Shown here piece after piece: positions 23,988 through 38,396 of a DNA stretch of 64,000 nucleotides. Numbering within the stretch: position 1 is the stretch's first letter; every line of letters begins with the position of its first letter. A program made the position numbers and the translations under genes. The DNA comes from Octopus bimaculoides (taxonomy: Eukaryota), in contig NC_068981.1 of assembly GCF_001194135.2 (NCBI RefSeq), forward strand, positions 149,873,275 to 149,937,274. The letters are read 5' to 3'. The notes below the pieces were generated by a model that was not told the origin of the DNA, searched no databases, and saw only the letters and a list, made by a program, of their open reading frames with translations.

Positions 23988-26900
23988 AGTAATAAGATAA
24001 TATATCTCAATCAAAAATTTATATCCCGAGTTAACTATTCATATATATACGTCTGTGTGAGTGCGCGTGCGTGTGTGTTTTTGTGCGTCTGTATGTAGGT
24101 GTGTGAACGTGTATTTTCGATTGATAGAGAAGAGGTAAACGAGACATTGGCCACCAAATGTTTGAATAAAGTTTGAATAGTCTAGAAACTAATGTGATAA
24201 TGTCTGTTTTCTGATGACAAAATGAGTAAGTAGCGAAGCTGAAATTGTATGTTTACTAACAAAGTTATATATTTACTATTAGCTTAAAATGTTCTGTAGT
24301 TTACTATGGATTTAAAAGATGCTGCTAGTGTTTAGAGCTGTTATGCAAATTTGACGGACGATTTTAGCCAGCTACTAGATTGAATGCTATGAAATAACTA
24401 ACCTATCCATGGATACATAACGGGTATTCATTTTCTGATGCAGAAGACTAAATTCTAGTAATGTAGAAACCACAATACCATCTATAGATTGATAGTCTAT
24501 GATTTAAGCATTGTTACTATTACCAATATTAAGAAATACCGCACATTTCAAATTATCCAGAAATGTAGAGTAGTGTGCTAAGAAATATGTGTTATGTATA
24601 TCTTTTATAAAACAATAGAATATGAATTTTTTTTCACTCTTTCATTGTAACTCAATTATATCTCTTAAAATGTAATTTGAAAGTTATTTGTTAATTACTT
24701 ACGCTGGATTTAACTAATGATGTAATTAATAACTTTTAAAATTTCACATAAAAATTTATAACATTTCATCAAAAGTATGACAGATGTTTAAGAAAGTACC
24801 TCAGTGGTAGATCAAGCATAAACTATTATCATTAGCAGCAATGTTGCAATTAAGTTTTCAAACTTTCATTATCAGTGCTTCATTTTTAAATCAAGGAATC
24901 CTATATCATTTACAACCAAACAGTAAAATCCAAAGTAATTACTGATGAGCTGTATCGACAAATATTAAGTTAAAACTTTGAGAAATCAATATGATATGGC
25001 TTTCTGTGAGAAATTAGATATTTGCGCAGCATCTTTCATAACTTAGTTTGTGTATACTCCTTATGTCACTAAGTGTTTTTTTTTAATCTCCGTTTAGAGA
25101 TACAAAATAGACGTTAACCGACGATAGAATTTATAGCAGTAGACATGCTTTTAAAAGAACTTATTTGCTTTCTTCAATTGAAATCTTTGTTCAAAAATTT
25201 TATATTTCCCTCATAAACATAACAGTCAGTGTCTAAAAATAGTTTTTTATGTTTTTTTTTATTCATCTGTAAATACAATCAGTTTTCCTTTCATATCGAT
25301 TGCATGATATTAGTTCTTGATTTTACATTGCCAAAGTAAATTTTGATTTTGTCATTCTTTTATTTGAGTTTCATTTCCATAGAAAGTGATGTACTGTTAT
25401 GAAAAGAAATATCGATATCATACTAAGGGAACTGAAAGAATTTTATCAGACACTTTCGCTTTCATGAAAATCCCAGAAGGATGAAAGTTTCCAGGATAAA
25501 ATTGACCCCGTGATATTGACCTCATTATTGAGTTTTGTCAAAATAAAAGATTTGAATGAAGATGTAAAAGAATATTATGCTCTTCTTATTCTATTCAGTA
25601 AAACTGCCCTTCCATCTTGTTTTAATCAATACTAATTGAAACATAGCATTAAACTGTTGAAATGCTAATGGCAGAGAAATAAGCTAAAGCTATTTCTTTT
25701 TATTTGAATGGAATGTACGGCTGGAAAGTTTTACACAATAAAAGAAACTGAACGCCAATGTATAAATAATAAATGAATTTAAACTTTCATCAAAATGTGC
25801 CCTAGGCTATGTCAATTAGCCAATATGTCAATAAATGTACACCGAAATCGCACTAAACTAAATTATTCTTGGGTATTTATATCAATTATGCGATGCTAAT
25901 TATAGTATAAAGTTTTGAAAATATTTCAAAGAATTTTATCTGCTAATTATATAAATTCTTTTAAGCAAACCGCTGGCATATAAAAGAAATCAAGAATGCA
26001 TTTCAAAACATTGACCAAACAAGAATGACACATTCACTGAGGAATGTTTGTAATTGTAGGGTATTGTTATGTATTTTTCGATCTAAGCAACATTTATTCC
26101 ATTTATTTATATATACATTTAAATGCTGCTACTGTTTAATATCAGAACAAATAGAAATGATTGGTTAATTTTCATCCCGGAATAATCTATTATGTACTTT
26201 CAAATGATGTGTGTAGCGTATTGATATTCAAATCCCACTTAGTTTTCAGACGATAGCTATATCTTGGAAACGTTCATTAAATATAACACATCAGTGTTAA
26301 TAAATCTCAGATATCATTCTATTTATTTAAATTTATTCTATATAATAATTTTTGAAGAGTAGTCTCTTTATATTGCCGCAGAAGCTCAAATGCACATTAA
26401 ATCGTTTAAAAGTTAAATCGGAGATCCGTGCAACTCTAGTTTAAGATTTCTTATTCGCCGATAGTTGTGAACCTTGAAATTAAGACAGTGCAATGTAATC
26501 ACAATGTGTAATTTCTATTTGCTCGCAGTTCTTACAGAATTAAAATAATCTTGAAGAAAAACTAAATTATGTTTACAACTGTTCCAAGTGAGTCGTGCAT
26601 GGAGACCAGCGTAATTCTTTAAAGAACCAAACTTAATATAGGAATTCTATTTTTGTAACTTGACATCTAGTTCCCGATGATAGATTTCTATACTCTTTGA
26701 TCAACTTGAGAAAGGAAAAGACCTTTGGGATACCGGAAAAATTATCTGACTTAACCGAAGCTTACCCTTAAGCTTTGCATCACCATTTTCTTGCTATACT
26801 CATTAGACCTTTTACATAAGTATGCCAGTAATAGCGTGCTGTCTTTCAAATGAAGCTTGTCTGATTATCATAAGCGATGTGTTGGTCATGTAATCAAACT

Positions 26901-28951
26901 TGAGGATTTCTGGCTCCCAAGATGAATTAGTTCAGGAAAGCCAATTTTGTAACGCTGGATATTCGCTGTTTATAGAGAATATCTCGCATAGAACAGATGA
27001 AATTTGCGCTTTGTAACAAGAACAATTTGCACTTTGAGGAAACTGCAATTATCGTTCAAATGTATTATATTTTGTAATTGAAACATGTACTTGTTTTCAG
27101 GTTTTCTCAAATTGTATTTAATTAAAGTTATTCATATAATTACTACGTCGAATAGAAATAGAAATATCTATAGACATTTGTGCTATGGTAACTCAACAGA
27201 ATACGTTAGAGATGTACGATGATGTAGATTTAACCAAAAATTACAGTACTCAATTGCAAAATTTGATTTATAAGGAACGGAGAAAATTGTAATTCTTTTC
27301 TTTCTTGAATTTAAGATTACTTTCTGTAAAAGGTTGAAAAAAGAAATGATTTTTGAAAGATTATACATAACTTTTATAAACGTAATTTGCAATTAAGCTA
27401 TCCTGGAAAAATATTTATTAAAGGCAATAAATTTAAATTGGCATCTAACAAGGCAATATATTCAAACTCATTCTAATATTCCTATTGGAGTTTAGTTCTG
27501 TCATAATATGAAAGTATTCATCGCAATCTATTCAAAGCATTTTATTTTCTAATATTATTTATCCAAAAGTTAGTGTATTTATATTTATTCGTGACAACAA
27601 AACGTTAATATAAGTTTACCCTACATATTGAAATATGTACATGTATTTCAACAATTTCATTGGAATGTATCTCACTTTATTTACACACCTAATATTGTTC
27701 TTATAGATATTCTGAAAATGTTACTGTAATTTTATTTACTAAATTTACTTGTTCTTCAGTTCACTAGTGTCATTCAATTATAATAAATATTTTATTATAT
27801 CAGTAACATTTTATTTGAAATATAGTTTACAACGAAATCGATTATGCGTATTAACAATGGCATAATATCGATTGCATACATAGGCACAAGAGAAAAAAAT
27901 GTGCGGGGTGGGGCATAGATGAACATGTAGGACGACCTCGGATTGATTCAAATTCAGAACGCTAAAGAAATCTAGCTCAATCCCGGAAGGTATTTTAACT
28001 GTTACTATTGAATTTGGCCATCATATGTTGTAAAATATATCATCTAATGTCGTTTTTGTTAGATGCTCTTATCAATGTAAGATTCAGCAACGAGACATAG
28101 AAATCTATGTTTTTGAGAAAAGATACTGTTATGTCTCAACGCTACTGCTATCTAGCACCTTCGGATGATCTCTACTCAACTGCTACACAACTGCTACTCG
28201 ACTGCTACTCAACACACCTACCACGGCCAGACTACCTCTATTTATATATCTTGGGAGATCCTACTTCTTCGCCTGGGAGCGTCGACACAACAGATACCAA
28301 TTGTTTTTTTTATTTTTATTCTGTGTAAGTTCCACACAAACCCATATATTACGAATTGGCTAGAAACATCGTGAACAAGTCAAAGGGAGCTATCAAACAA
28401 TAGTATTTTCCCCATTCTGAAAATGTCTAATGTGGAAGTGCTATCCGATGCTCCAGGGCTTCTGCCAAGATAATAAAATTATGAAGAATAGCATTGGTAC
28501 TTAAATTCCACACTATCCAATATAAAGAAGATTTAACACAAAATGATTTAATGTATTTTACATTAATTGTTGAATTAGAAATGTTGCTTTCGAAAACGGT
28601 ATCTGATGATCTTGATGAAAAAAAAATCTAATTGAAAACTATTCTCCCGCTCAAATCTAAGGAGTGAGACAGCACTATAGCAACTAGGGATTTATAGTCA
28701 TGCTATATTGGAACTTGAAATTATCGACTTCAAATTAATTAGTAGGTTCGTTGATTAGAGAATAAATTTGTTAATAATGCACTACACTACGTTCATCGCT
28801 AAATGTAAAATGTATGATATGGTATATTCAATAATGAACAATATCAATTGTATCCATCATTATAATGTGTAATCACGTTCACGTAAACAAATATTTTATT
28901 ATACCAAAGCTGGAGCAGTGAGCGTAGTGGGTGTAAGAGAGAAAAACGAAA

Positions 28952-28982
<31 letters not shown>

Positions 28983-30829
28983 CAGACAGACAGAGAGAGT
29001 ATGTTTGTATTTATGAGTGTTTAATCTTTAAAATTATTCAGTGATGGACAGAAATCCAGTCTCAAGCCTAGAAGCAAAGGTCTATCATGGGAACCTAGAC
29101 ATCAGAGAGTAATCTTCAGTGAGCAGACATCAGTGAGTAGGCATCAACTGTAGTGGTCCATTATACCCTGAGGTTATTTTAGAGTACATTTACTTATTTA
29201 TGCGTTGGATGACATCTCTTAATTTCGTAGTCTCCGTCGGCTGTTGACTGAAGCAAACATCTTATTTCCTGTTGCTCTATTGCAAAATATATACTTGAAT
29301 CCATGGGATAATACTCCAGTTGTTGATTCCACAAACTACACTAATTATTAAACTTGCTGCTACTTTGAAGCTTTTAGCAAATATATCCAGCATGGTATTT
29401 TGATGAATTCTTCCGGCAAAATTTGGTAATATGTTTGCGTGTATGTAACCCCACACATAAGTTGAGTAATACTTTCAAAGAAGCCCATTTTAAACATTGA
29501 AGATGTTATCTATGTCATGCAAGCCGATTCAATTTAAAGCCGGTCAGATGGACGTCGTCATTCAGTTGTGCGTAGTTGTTGTCGAAAGGACACGCGCAAA
29601 TTACACACACACACATACACACACACAAGTATATGTTTGTGTGTGTGTACATCCAAATACATATATGCATACATAGACACACACACAGTATATACGTATA
29701 AATAATAGTATGCAGATCTTGTGTTGAAAAAGCCTTTTGAATAGAAAAAGCAATTATTATCAGTTGATAGCACTCTACGCTTTCGAAGGAAGCGTTAGGT
29801 AAGTACATAGCATAATATCAGTTAATGAATAAATACATAGCAAGTGTAGCACAATCATTTTCATTATCTGACAGCTGTTTCTGCTATAAAACGCAGGAAA
29901 CCCATAGTTGGGAGCTTATGTGAGGTCCTATAGTTTCCACAGAGCTATTAAGATGAAATATAGTTTAATTCGGAAAACATTTGTGCAGATATAGTCCGTT
30001 ACATTTCGAACCGCGCAGATGCTCATTTATTGGTTTATTTCTGTACGTTTTATGGAGTTTTCATAGTCTTAATACACGTACTAATTTGTCGAAAAGAATA
30101 CTTGGTACAAATGTAGGAAGCAGTAATGTAGAAAAGATATTTTCTAAAATATTTTAGGCTATGCTTAAATGTTTAATATATGAGTAATTAACTTACCTAG
30201 TTAAGCTTCTTTACTAGTAGTTTTGTTAAGCTTATATTTTAAATGAATTGGATTTTATGTAGTTTCCAGATATTGGTCAGTTAGCTGTAGTGGTACGAGT
30301 AATTGAGGTGATCTAGCACTTGCAAACTCATTCAGATCCTACGTGTTTGCTAGTGATTTTATGAAGTCCTTAGATTTGATAAATATATTTTAGAGGAATT
30401 TGTGAAATTACGCATACAGGTACGGATATATGCGGACATATGCTTTCCGCGTGCGCATGTGTTTATATTGCGCTAGAAGCTCAAACTTCGATACGTGCCT
30501 TCAACATGAAAACAGCTATGCTTGTCTTTTCTTTCTCTTCATTAGTCTGTACACGACAAACCACTAGTCATATCCGTTCAGTGTAAATACCTAGACTGCA
30601 TAATTTCCGAACACTGCAAAACCGATGAGGAAATTATAACCGTTATGACACATGCTCTTATATTACAGAAATGTTCAAGGAAAAATTTCCTGACCAGACT
30701 TTCCTCTCCCAGACAGTCTCTGTCCCCCTCACTTATAATGGTGGGAAACCAGCAACCACCACAACACAGTTTATTACTTCAGGGAACTCTACATTTTTCA
30801 GTCACCTGATGAGATAAGATTGCTCATAT

Positions 30830-31090
30830 AAAACCTTGAATCTCCACAACAAGATATCGACATAGGATTACCCGATAATTAGTGCATCTGTTTGACTCAG
30901 ACTTGCTCCTTAGAATCCCCTATGACTGATTAGAATACGGTTGATTCTTGGATAGCGGACCAAATAAACAGTTCAACGACAAGACAAACTGGAGACCACC
31001 ATGAAGAAGAGTAACATCAACGCTTAAAGAAAGGGAGAAATTGCTATCCGTCGTTCAGTTTGGTTTTCAAGAAAGATTGCTATAAACTAA
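30830..31090 (+). mobile_element. Very decayed RTE-like LINE 3' remnant
   Basis: GPNKQFNDK..LETTMKKSNINA..IAIRRSVW resembles RTE ends (G..KRFKD.LK..LK..NI..W..A.DR..W). Confidence 0.3.
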
Positions 31091-31615
31091 AATAAAAGGA
31101 GAAACAAAGCATACAATAGAATTGGTATCCCCAAACGATTATTAACGTAACTCTTCTGCCTCTGATGCCCTACATCAAATGGTATGTTTTACAATCATGA
31201 AAGAAAAGACAAATGAATGAAGTTAACTTTCTGACGCAAACAAGTTGCAGGGTATATAGGCTTTTAAAACTGTTTCGCCCGTCAATATGGTATTGTGTTA
31301 CTTATGTCTCCTAATATTAATCAAATTAATTTTAGACTCAAGAATTAAATTAGATAATAAATTATTCCAATCTTTTTCCCAAACTAAAATCGAAGAAACC
31401 ACGTAAAATATTTAAAAAATATTCTAATCAATAAACATTTAACTAAATGTTAAACTATTATATAATCACTAAATTCTAATGAAGAATCGACATTTTCTTC
31501 GTAACTGTAAATTTATATCATGGAAATTCCTGAAACATCAAATCTAGCTACTCTTGCACCAAATATTCTGATGCAAACACTCAGGAACATCGCGTTTTAT
31601 TACATTTAATGAGCA

Positions 31616-31701
31616 GTGAACTTCGAAGCGCATTCGGCCAGTTAAGCCATCGTAGGACTGCAGACCGACGTCGGCTTAACTGGCCGAAACTTCGAAGTCA
31701 C
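31616..31701. repeat. Loopless palindrome centred on CTGCAG
   Basis: ttcggccagttaagcc (31633-48) is the exact reverse complement of 31673-88, symmetric about 31660/61; outer gtga..cttcgaag arms also pair. Confidence 0.85.
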
Positions 31702-31972
31702 TATGAAGAATATTCTTGTTTAGAAATAATAAAGCTGTACTCTACAAAAGTATAGAGTAATCTATCAGATAAATATATAAAATTGTTTTTATTATAACTG
31801 TACATAAAAACAAACATTAATATATATATAGAAAAATTCCCTTGCAAATGCTACATGGACACAAACTGTGTCGATAGCTAGCTGGAAAAGATGCTTCCCT
31901 GGGGCTAGAACAACATCATCTTTTATAGGACTGCCACAGTCTGTTGGCATATAAACATTACTATATATATGT

Positions 31973-32077
<105 letters not shown>

Positions 32078-32679
32078 TGTAAATATATGTGTATATGTAT
32101 GTGTGTATGTATGTTTGTATGTATGTATCAAAGACAAAATAATAGAGGATGTAGTCCTGGATAACCATAAAAATCTAGATGACCATTAGTGGAATGTCAT
32201 CAACCATGTCTGATAAACCTGATAAGGTTTAATCTAAGACTAATCGGCCTTAATAACAATAACCAATTAATATTCCGTCTATTGGTGACATTGATTAAGT
32301 ATGCTGATAGTCACTCATATGGATATGTATTAAGTTGCTCAGCCAAAGAACAGAACCGGATGCAAATTCGCTATATAAAACTCTCTTTACAGAACAAATT
32401 CTCTGCTAACACAAACACAAAACGCTATTCTACAAATACAAAACATTTCTAGTTAAATCAGACCCACTCTATTTCTTTTCATGATCTAGCCAAGTAGATA
32501 AGAAAGTTTATAAAAGGATTTATGAAGTCAATGTTAGGATAGGATATTTCTCCTTTTAATCCTACTTACCAGTGTAAGTCTTTTAAATCTATTATGATCT
32601 TTTCCAAATGTCATTCACCCTCTGAATTCATCTCTTCTCTTTCTCTCTCTTTATGTTTTCTCTTCGATTTGCTATCTCC

Positions 32680-32690
32680 TCCTCCTCCTC

Positions 32691-32775
<85 letters not shown>
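32680..32775. repeat. (CT)n microsatellite
   Basis: Seen directly in the sequence. Confidence 0.95.
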
Positions 32776-32779
<4 letters not shown>

Positions 32780-35700
32780 TTTCTCGTTCTTTGTTCAATA
32801 TTTTCTAGTCTATAATTATTTGACACGTTTTTTCTGCCTGTATGGCTATGTTCATTCACATGCGAGCATACGCAAACACACGTGGGCACAACGCATATAA
32901 ACATACATACATACATACATACATACATACATACACGCACACGCACATATATACAGTTATATATATTTACGTGTAAACATATATACATGCGTATATAAAT
33001 GCATACGTATATACATAGGTATATCTATACATACATATGTGCGTGTGTCTGCGTGAGCCTGTTTGTAATTAAAGATTTAAATCTAGAAAGTGAGTGACAA
33101 TAACACTGAAAGAGGAAAAAGATAAATGATTAGACAAAGATGTGTATCTTTAGAGATAATTGTTACGGCGTGGTGTTATATTTCATTAATTCATATTTAG
33201 ACGTGCCATAGCAAACATTTTTTTACAGTTTTAGCATGAATTTTACTGCTTTCTATCAAAAGCAACCACGTCGAGTTAATGACATTTAAGCTGTCTCTCA
33301 TAACTGCCGTTCATATATGATTAGGAAATAATTAAATCTGAAAGCATAAATTATAACTTAATTGCTTTATTGGAAGCATTCTGCAATAAGTAAGACAATT
33401 AGTCGCACAAGTATATACATAATCTAGTCCCCTTGTTACACATTCAATATACACAAGCATGAACCAATAACTTCAATTTAGACATGTGATACATATTTAA
33501 ACATGTAATACATATTTTACTGACCAGAGGGTCTCAAAAATTAGCTAGAATGATATATGGTGATAGAGTTAAATATTACTCTTTTCCTTATTTTTATAGG
33601 ATAACATGTCTGACAACACGACTCGTTCAACACTTCCAAATAAATATAATTATTAGTACAACGCTTCAGTATTTTTGAAATAGTGGCAGATAGAAAATGT
33701 AACAAAAGTGGTTAGTTACAGACATTGATTAACATTACTCATTTCCCTAAAGTATAATGACTGCCCGGTTATCAGTTCTGTCGGACAATTGCTATCGTTA
33801 GCCACGTCATTCTTTCAAAATACATTGTCTATAAACGACAAGAAATTAGGAATGGATCTATAGGTTGTTGTAACCATGATACAAGATACTAACTATGACA
33901 GTTTTTCTATGTCATAGTTATTATGGTAACCTTGACCCATTTCAGCAATCAAAATGCAATAAAACTGAAATCAATCTTACATCTTACTTCGCGAGAAAAA
34001 TCAACGAGCACAATCAATCTAGGCCTGGATGCCAGAGTAATTTTGCATGCTAAGTCAGCTAGTCATCCATACCCTCCTGCTTCTCATTCGTTATGATCAT
34101 CATCATTATCGTCATAGTCAATGTCATCATTGGCTGCGATATTTTAAGGGTGTCCATGAATTCCGTATAACATTGTTAGATTAATATCATGTTTGAATTT
34201 TTTCCTTTATAGAGATACCTTACTGTTAACATTTCGGAGCCTTTTTAATTTACTATCTTTTAAATAAATACCAGAAGACACATAATGTTCATAATTCTTC
34301 CTGTGCAGAGAAACTGAAAGATTAAACAAGGTGATTGCTATTATTTTGAAATTTGGTTGAATTGTATTCAACAACTTATAAAGCCCTGAAGTGATTTGAA
34401 ATGAGAAATAATTATAACAATACTACAGGGCTTCCTAGATCGTCGTTGATATCTACTGATAGGCACTGAAACAAACAGACTAACACTGAAACAAACAGGA
34501 CTGAAGCCTAGTGTATTGATATAACAAACATGTGAGTAATGTTCAGAATTCGAGAAAACTCATGTGTATAGCATAGCTTTTGTAAGTCTGGACTTATTTC
34601 GCTTTGCTGGTTTCCATCGACATTACTGATGGCTGCTAACTACATTTTGTGATACTGTTTATTTGAGAGAAGCAGTAAAGTTTTCCGAAGAATACTCGTT
34701 TAAAATGTCTTTCTAAGTAGAGAAAGAAAATATCTAGCGTCAAATCGAGGCAACTGTCAAAGAAAAGGAGCAGATAATATCAAGAAGTTACGAAGTAATC
34801 TCACAAATTTAATTAACGTTCTTGTTTAGGGAAGAATCTGATTTTGATTTTATTGAATTCATCAGCATTGTCTACTCATACATTGTGATTTTTCTTAAGC
34901 CCTTCACACATTCAACTTACCCGCACTTCATAATCGAGAAGCAGTACCCTTGTGGTAAGTATAAAGTATTACTGAAAATCGCACTGAAATTTCACTATAT
35001 CAGAGGACTTAAAATATTATTGAAACTTCTTAATCCGTTCCCAAGCCTCAAGGGTTTAGCATCAATGATTAAGCTCGGATTATTCTACGAAAAGAAATAT
35101 CGATACCTGTATAAGCTGCTAGTCAATCGTAAATAAGTTATTTTTTATATTTCAGAAAGAAGAAAAAATAGGTACGCTATTCCCAAATATATATATATTG
35201 ATAAAAAAAAACTGAACGAAACAAGCAGATAAATTTATAATGTTAAAAATTAATCTATGAAAATTTATTTCGGCTGCTAGCGGAAAATGTGGTCTTAGTT
35301 TCTGCACTACTGGGTCAAATACAGGTACGACTTCGTCTGGAAATCATCGAGACAAGATACTATATAAAGTCCTTGAACTATATTCCTTAGCTCATATTTC
35401 TTATCAGACAGATTTTCCGGCCAAAAGTTATTCGTAACTCTATTTTACGAACAAAATGGGAAAATGAAGCAGATAAAAATGGTTAGAATATTTTAGAAAA
35501 TGGCAGAAATATCAGAAAGGTTTAGAAAATTGGAAAATGTTTGTATCCAGATTAATAGCGATTAACTTAATTATAATGATTAGTGGATAACGAAAACAAA
35601 TCATTAAAAAAACAGGCCAGCTAGAACCCCTTTCACCAACAAGAATATGTATGTTCAATAGTTTATTCTACTTAATTATAGCATCAGTGTTCAGAATGAT

Positions 35701-36119
35701 GGTGGTGCACGTGTAGTGTAGCTTTGGTTGCAGAGAAAGATATAGAAAGATCGGTGATGTTTGGGTATACTGAGTAGAATTCTCTAAGGCTTTTCCTTTC
35801 GTTTTCTAAAAACTCTCATGTCGTATTACATACAATCTTTTCTATATATGAGCATTAGCATTTTGTAAATATATAAATTCCAGATTAATATGCGCATACA
35901 ACTCATTATATGCTTCTGCTTTAATATTGAAATATTTACAATATCAAGAATTCATGCCGTGTTATTCAGAAAATTTCGTTATAATATATTCGTTGGACGT
36001 GCTTTCCCCCTAGTAATATCGCTTCATGCTCCGTTAGGTTTCTGGAGAAAACACTTTGAATTCAAGAAGGCATTATTAAGTTTAAAAGAGATACATTACC
36101 ATGCAATAATTTTAGAGGC

Positions 36120-36183
<64 letters not shown>

Positions 36184-36760
36184 CGTGCTTGCGTGTGCGT
36201 ATGTGTGTGTTTAACTATTGACCTCTCTCAAGATTTCTAACTCGACATTTCTCTGTCTCTGTGTATCTGAATGCGTGCGTGTGTGTGTGTCTGTGTGTGT
36301 GTGTACATATAACTTCATATGTATATGCATAGGATAAAAATGTCAAACAAATGATACACAAAAACATGCATACACATATGTATGTATATATTTCTATGTA
36401 TATAGATAAGACATTTTCCCATTTCTAAAATTGAAAAACACATAAACATTAATGGGATATTTTAGATTGCTACAATTTTAAGCGTTACGTGAATGGCGTC
36501 TTAATGAATCACAACAACATAGATATGACTATATACAGTCTTTGATTTTACAAATGTTTTAATAAGTGTCGTTTAGATATAGATTAGGGAATCATTTTTA
36601 ATATAATGTCAAAATATCTTCTTTTATGGATGATTAAATATTCAGTGATGCACGTTATTAAAGCAGCGTTTGCTATATTTCGCGAAAATGCTGCTTCCAT
36701 TGCTGCTATCCATATAAGAATTGACATTACAATTACTATCAATATTATTATGACTATTTA

Positions 36761-36764
<4 letters not shown>

Positions 36765-36818
<54 letters not shown>
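36765..36818. repeat. (ATT)n microsatellite
   Basis: Seen directly; source of the poly-Ile ORF. Confidence 0.95.
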
Positions 36819-36822
<4 letters not shown>

Positions 36823-38158
36823 GGTTCATTACTGTTGTTATTGTTGTCACTATGTTAGCATTCTCAAGTGGAAACATATTATAACCATGGATGCACAGTT
36901 ATGTATCAACTTTACGCATTGCTTGATATTAACATGCACACAACATACATTTGCACACATGCACGTACTCAAGTACACATATAAACACACACACACACAC
37001 ACATATATATATACACATACACACAGACAAATACGTATATACATACATTCATACATACATCTATGCACACAAAAACATAATCGTGGCTTGATCAAACATT
37101 TTCAATAAACAACCGAGAAATAAATTCTAAGTGTCAATCTCTCGTGTAATGAACATCCAACTATAGGTATGTATTGAGTCCTTTTTTTCAGGTAACATTC
37201 ACTGTTTTTACTTAGTAACACTGATTGTAAGAGTATATACACATTGGAAGCCACTTATGATAATTATAATGTAATGACGACAAATGCTACTCACAAATGT
37301 GTAATATAAATTAAAATTAGGTTACTTGGCTATTTTAATTGAAATGCCATTGTTCCACAGAAATCACAATATATATGTTAGCTGCATTTACATGAAATTG
37401 TTCACACGTGGATCACTGATAAGGTGTCACACATTTCTTTATTTTGCGTTTCATATTTTTCTTCTTTTTTTTTCTACAGTCTTACAGTGTAATTCACTTT
37501 CCCCTTCTTCCCGCCTACCTTCTTTTCGTTCTTAAGTATATTTGAAGCGGTGAAACGTCGAGGTGCTGCATGCTTACCTTAGAAACTCTTCTAAGCGTTA
37601 AACTAATGCCCCGCTCAGAGTACTCTGTTCTTTCTGTGTTTCCCTTTATGTTCTTTTTTTTATTTTGTATAATGCATGTGCACATACATACAGAAACACA
37701 CGCACCCACAAACGCGCGCACGCGTGTGTGTAAGACTATTACATCGGTTATGATTACTTGATGAGATGAACTCTCATACTGAGAAAGCCCAGTCTTTCTG
37801 GAAGTTTCGTATCAGATATAAAATATTTCTAGTTGATGTTTAATATACGCCTTAGACAATTCGAATAAAATCTTTCAAATATTTGGATACATTATCGATA
37901 TGGCATCTATATCTCAGACGAGTATAAGAGTGATATGAAGATAAAAGATAAATATGAATTTTGGTTGAAAGTTTCAAAGACACTATCACACACGAAACAC
38001 TTTCTTCATTGTCCCTAATACAATTAAAGCCATTTAAATCTTCAAAATAATCATAGTCTAGAACACTAGTGACCCAGGTTCGAAGGTAGACAGAATATCT
38101 ACGAAATATATCTAGTCTTTTAAACAAGTATATTAGCTTCTATAGAGGCTCATATAGT

Positions 38159-38396
38159 GGAGATGCGTGACGCAGTGAATAGGGTGTTGTAATCATGATC
38201 GTAAGATTATGGTTTCGATTCCACAAGTGAGAGATGCATTTTCTTGAGCAAAACACTTAAATCCACTTTGTTCCACTCCATTCCGATGAGAAAACCGAGT
38301 CACACTCCGATGGTGCGGCGTCCCGTCCAGGTGAAGTGAGGTATGTATACTTCACTGAATTCGGTAAATCGGACTTGTGTCTATGGCTGGGGAAGA
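38159..38396 (+). mobile_element. tRNA-derived SINE (family A-type head, V/Deu-like body)
   Basis: ggagatgcgtgacgcagtgaatagggtgttg..ggtttcgattcc head; cttgagcaaaacactt and gatggtgcggcgtcccgtccagg central motifs. Confidence 0.65.

Noticed and set aside
30806-30840. CTGATGAG hammerhead-like start
   Set aside because: Helix II is mismatched, GAAA is replaced by TAAA and no helix I is found; at best a relic.
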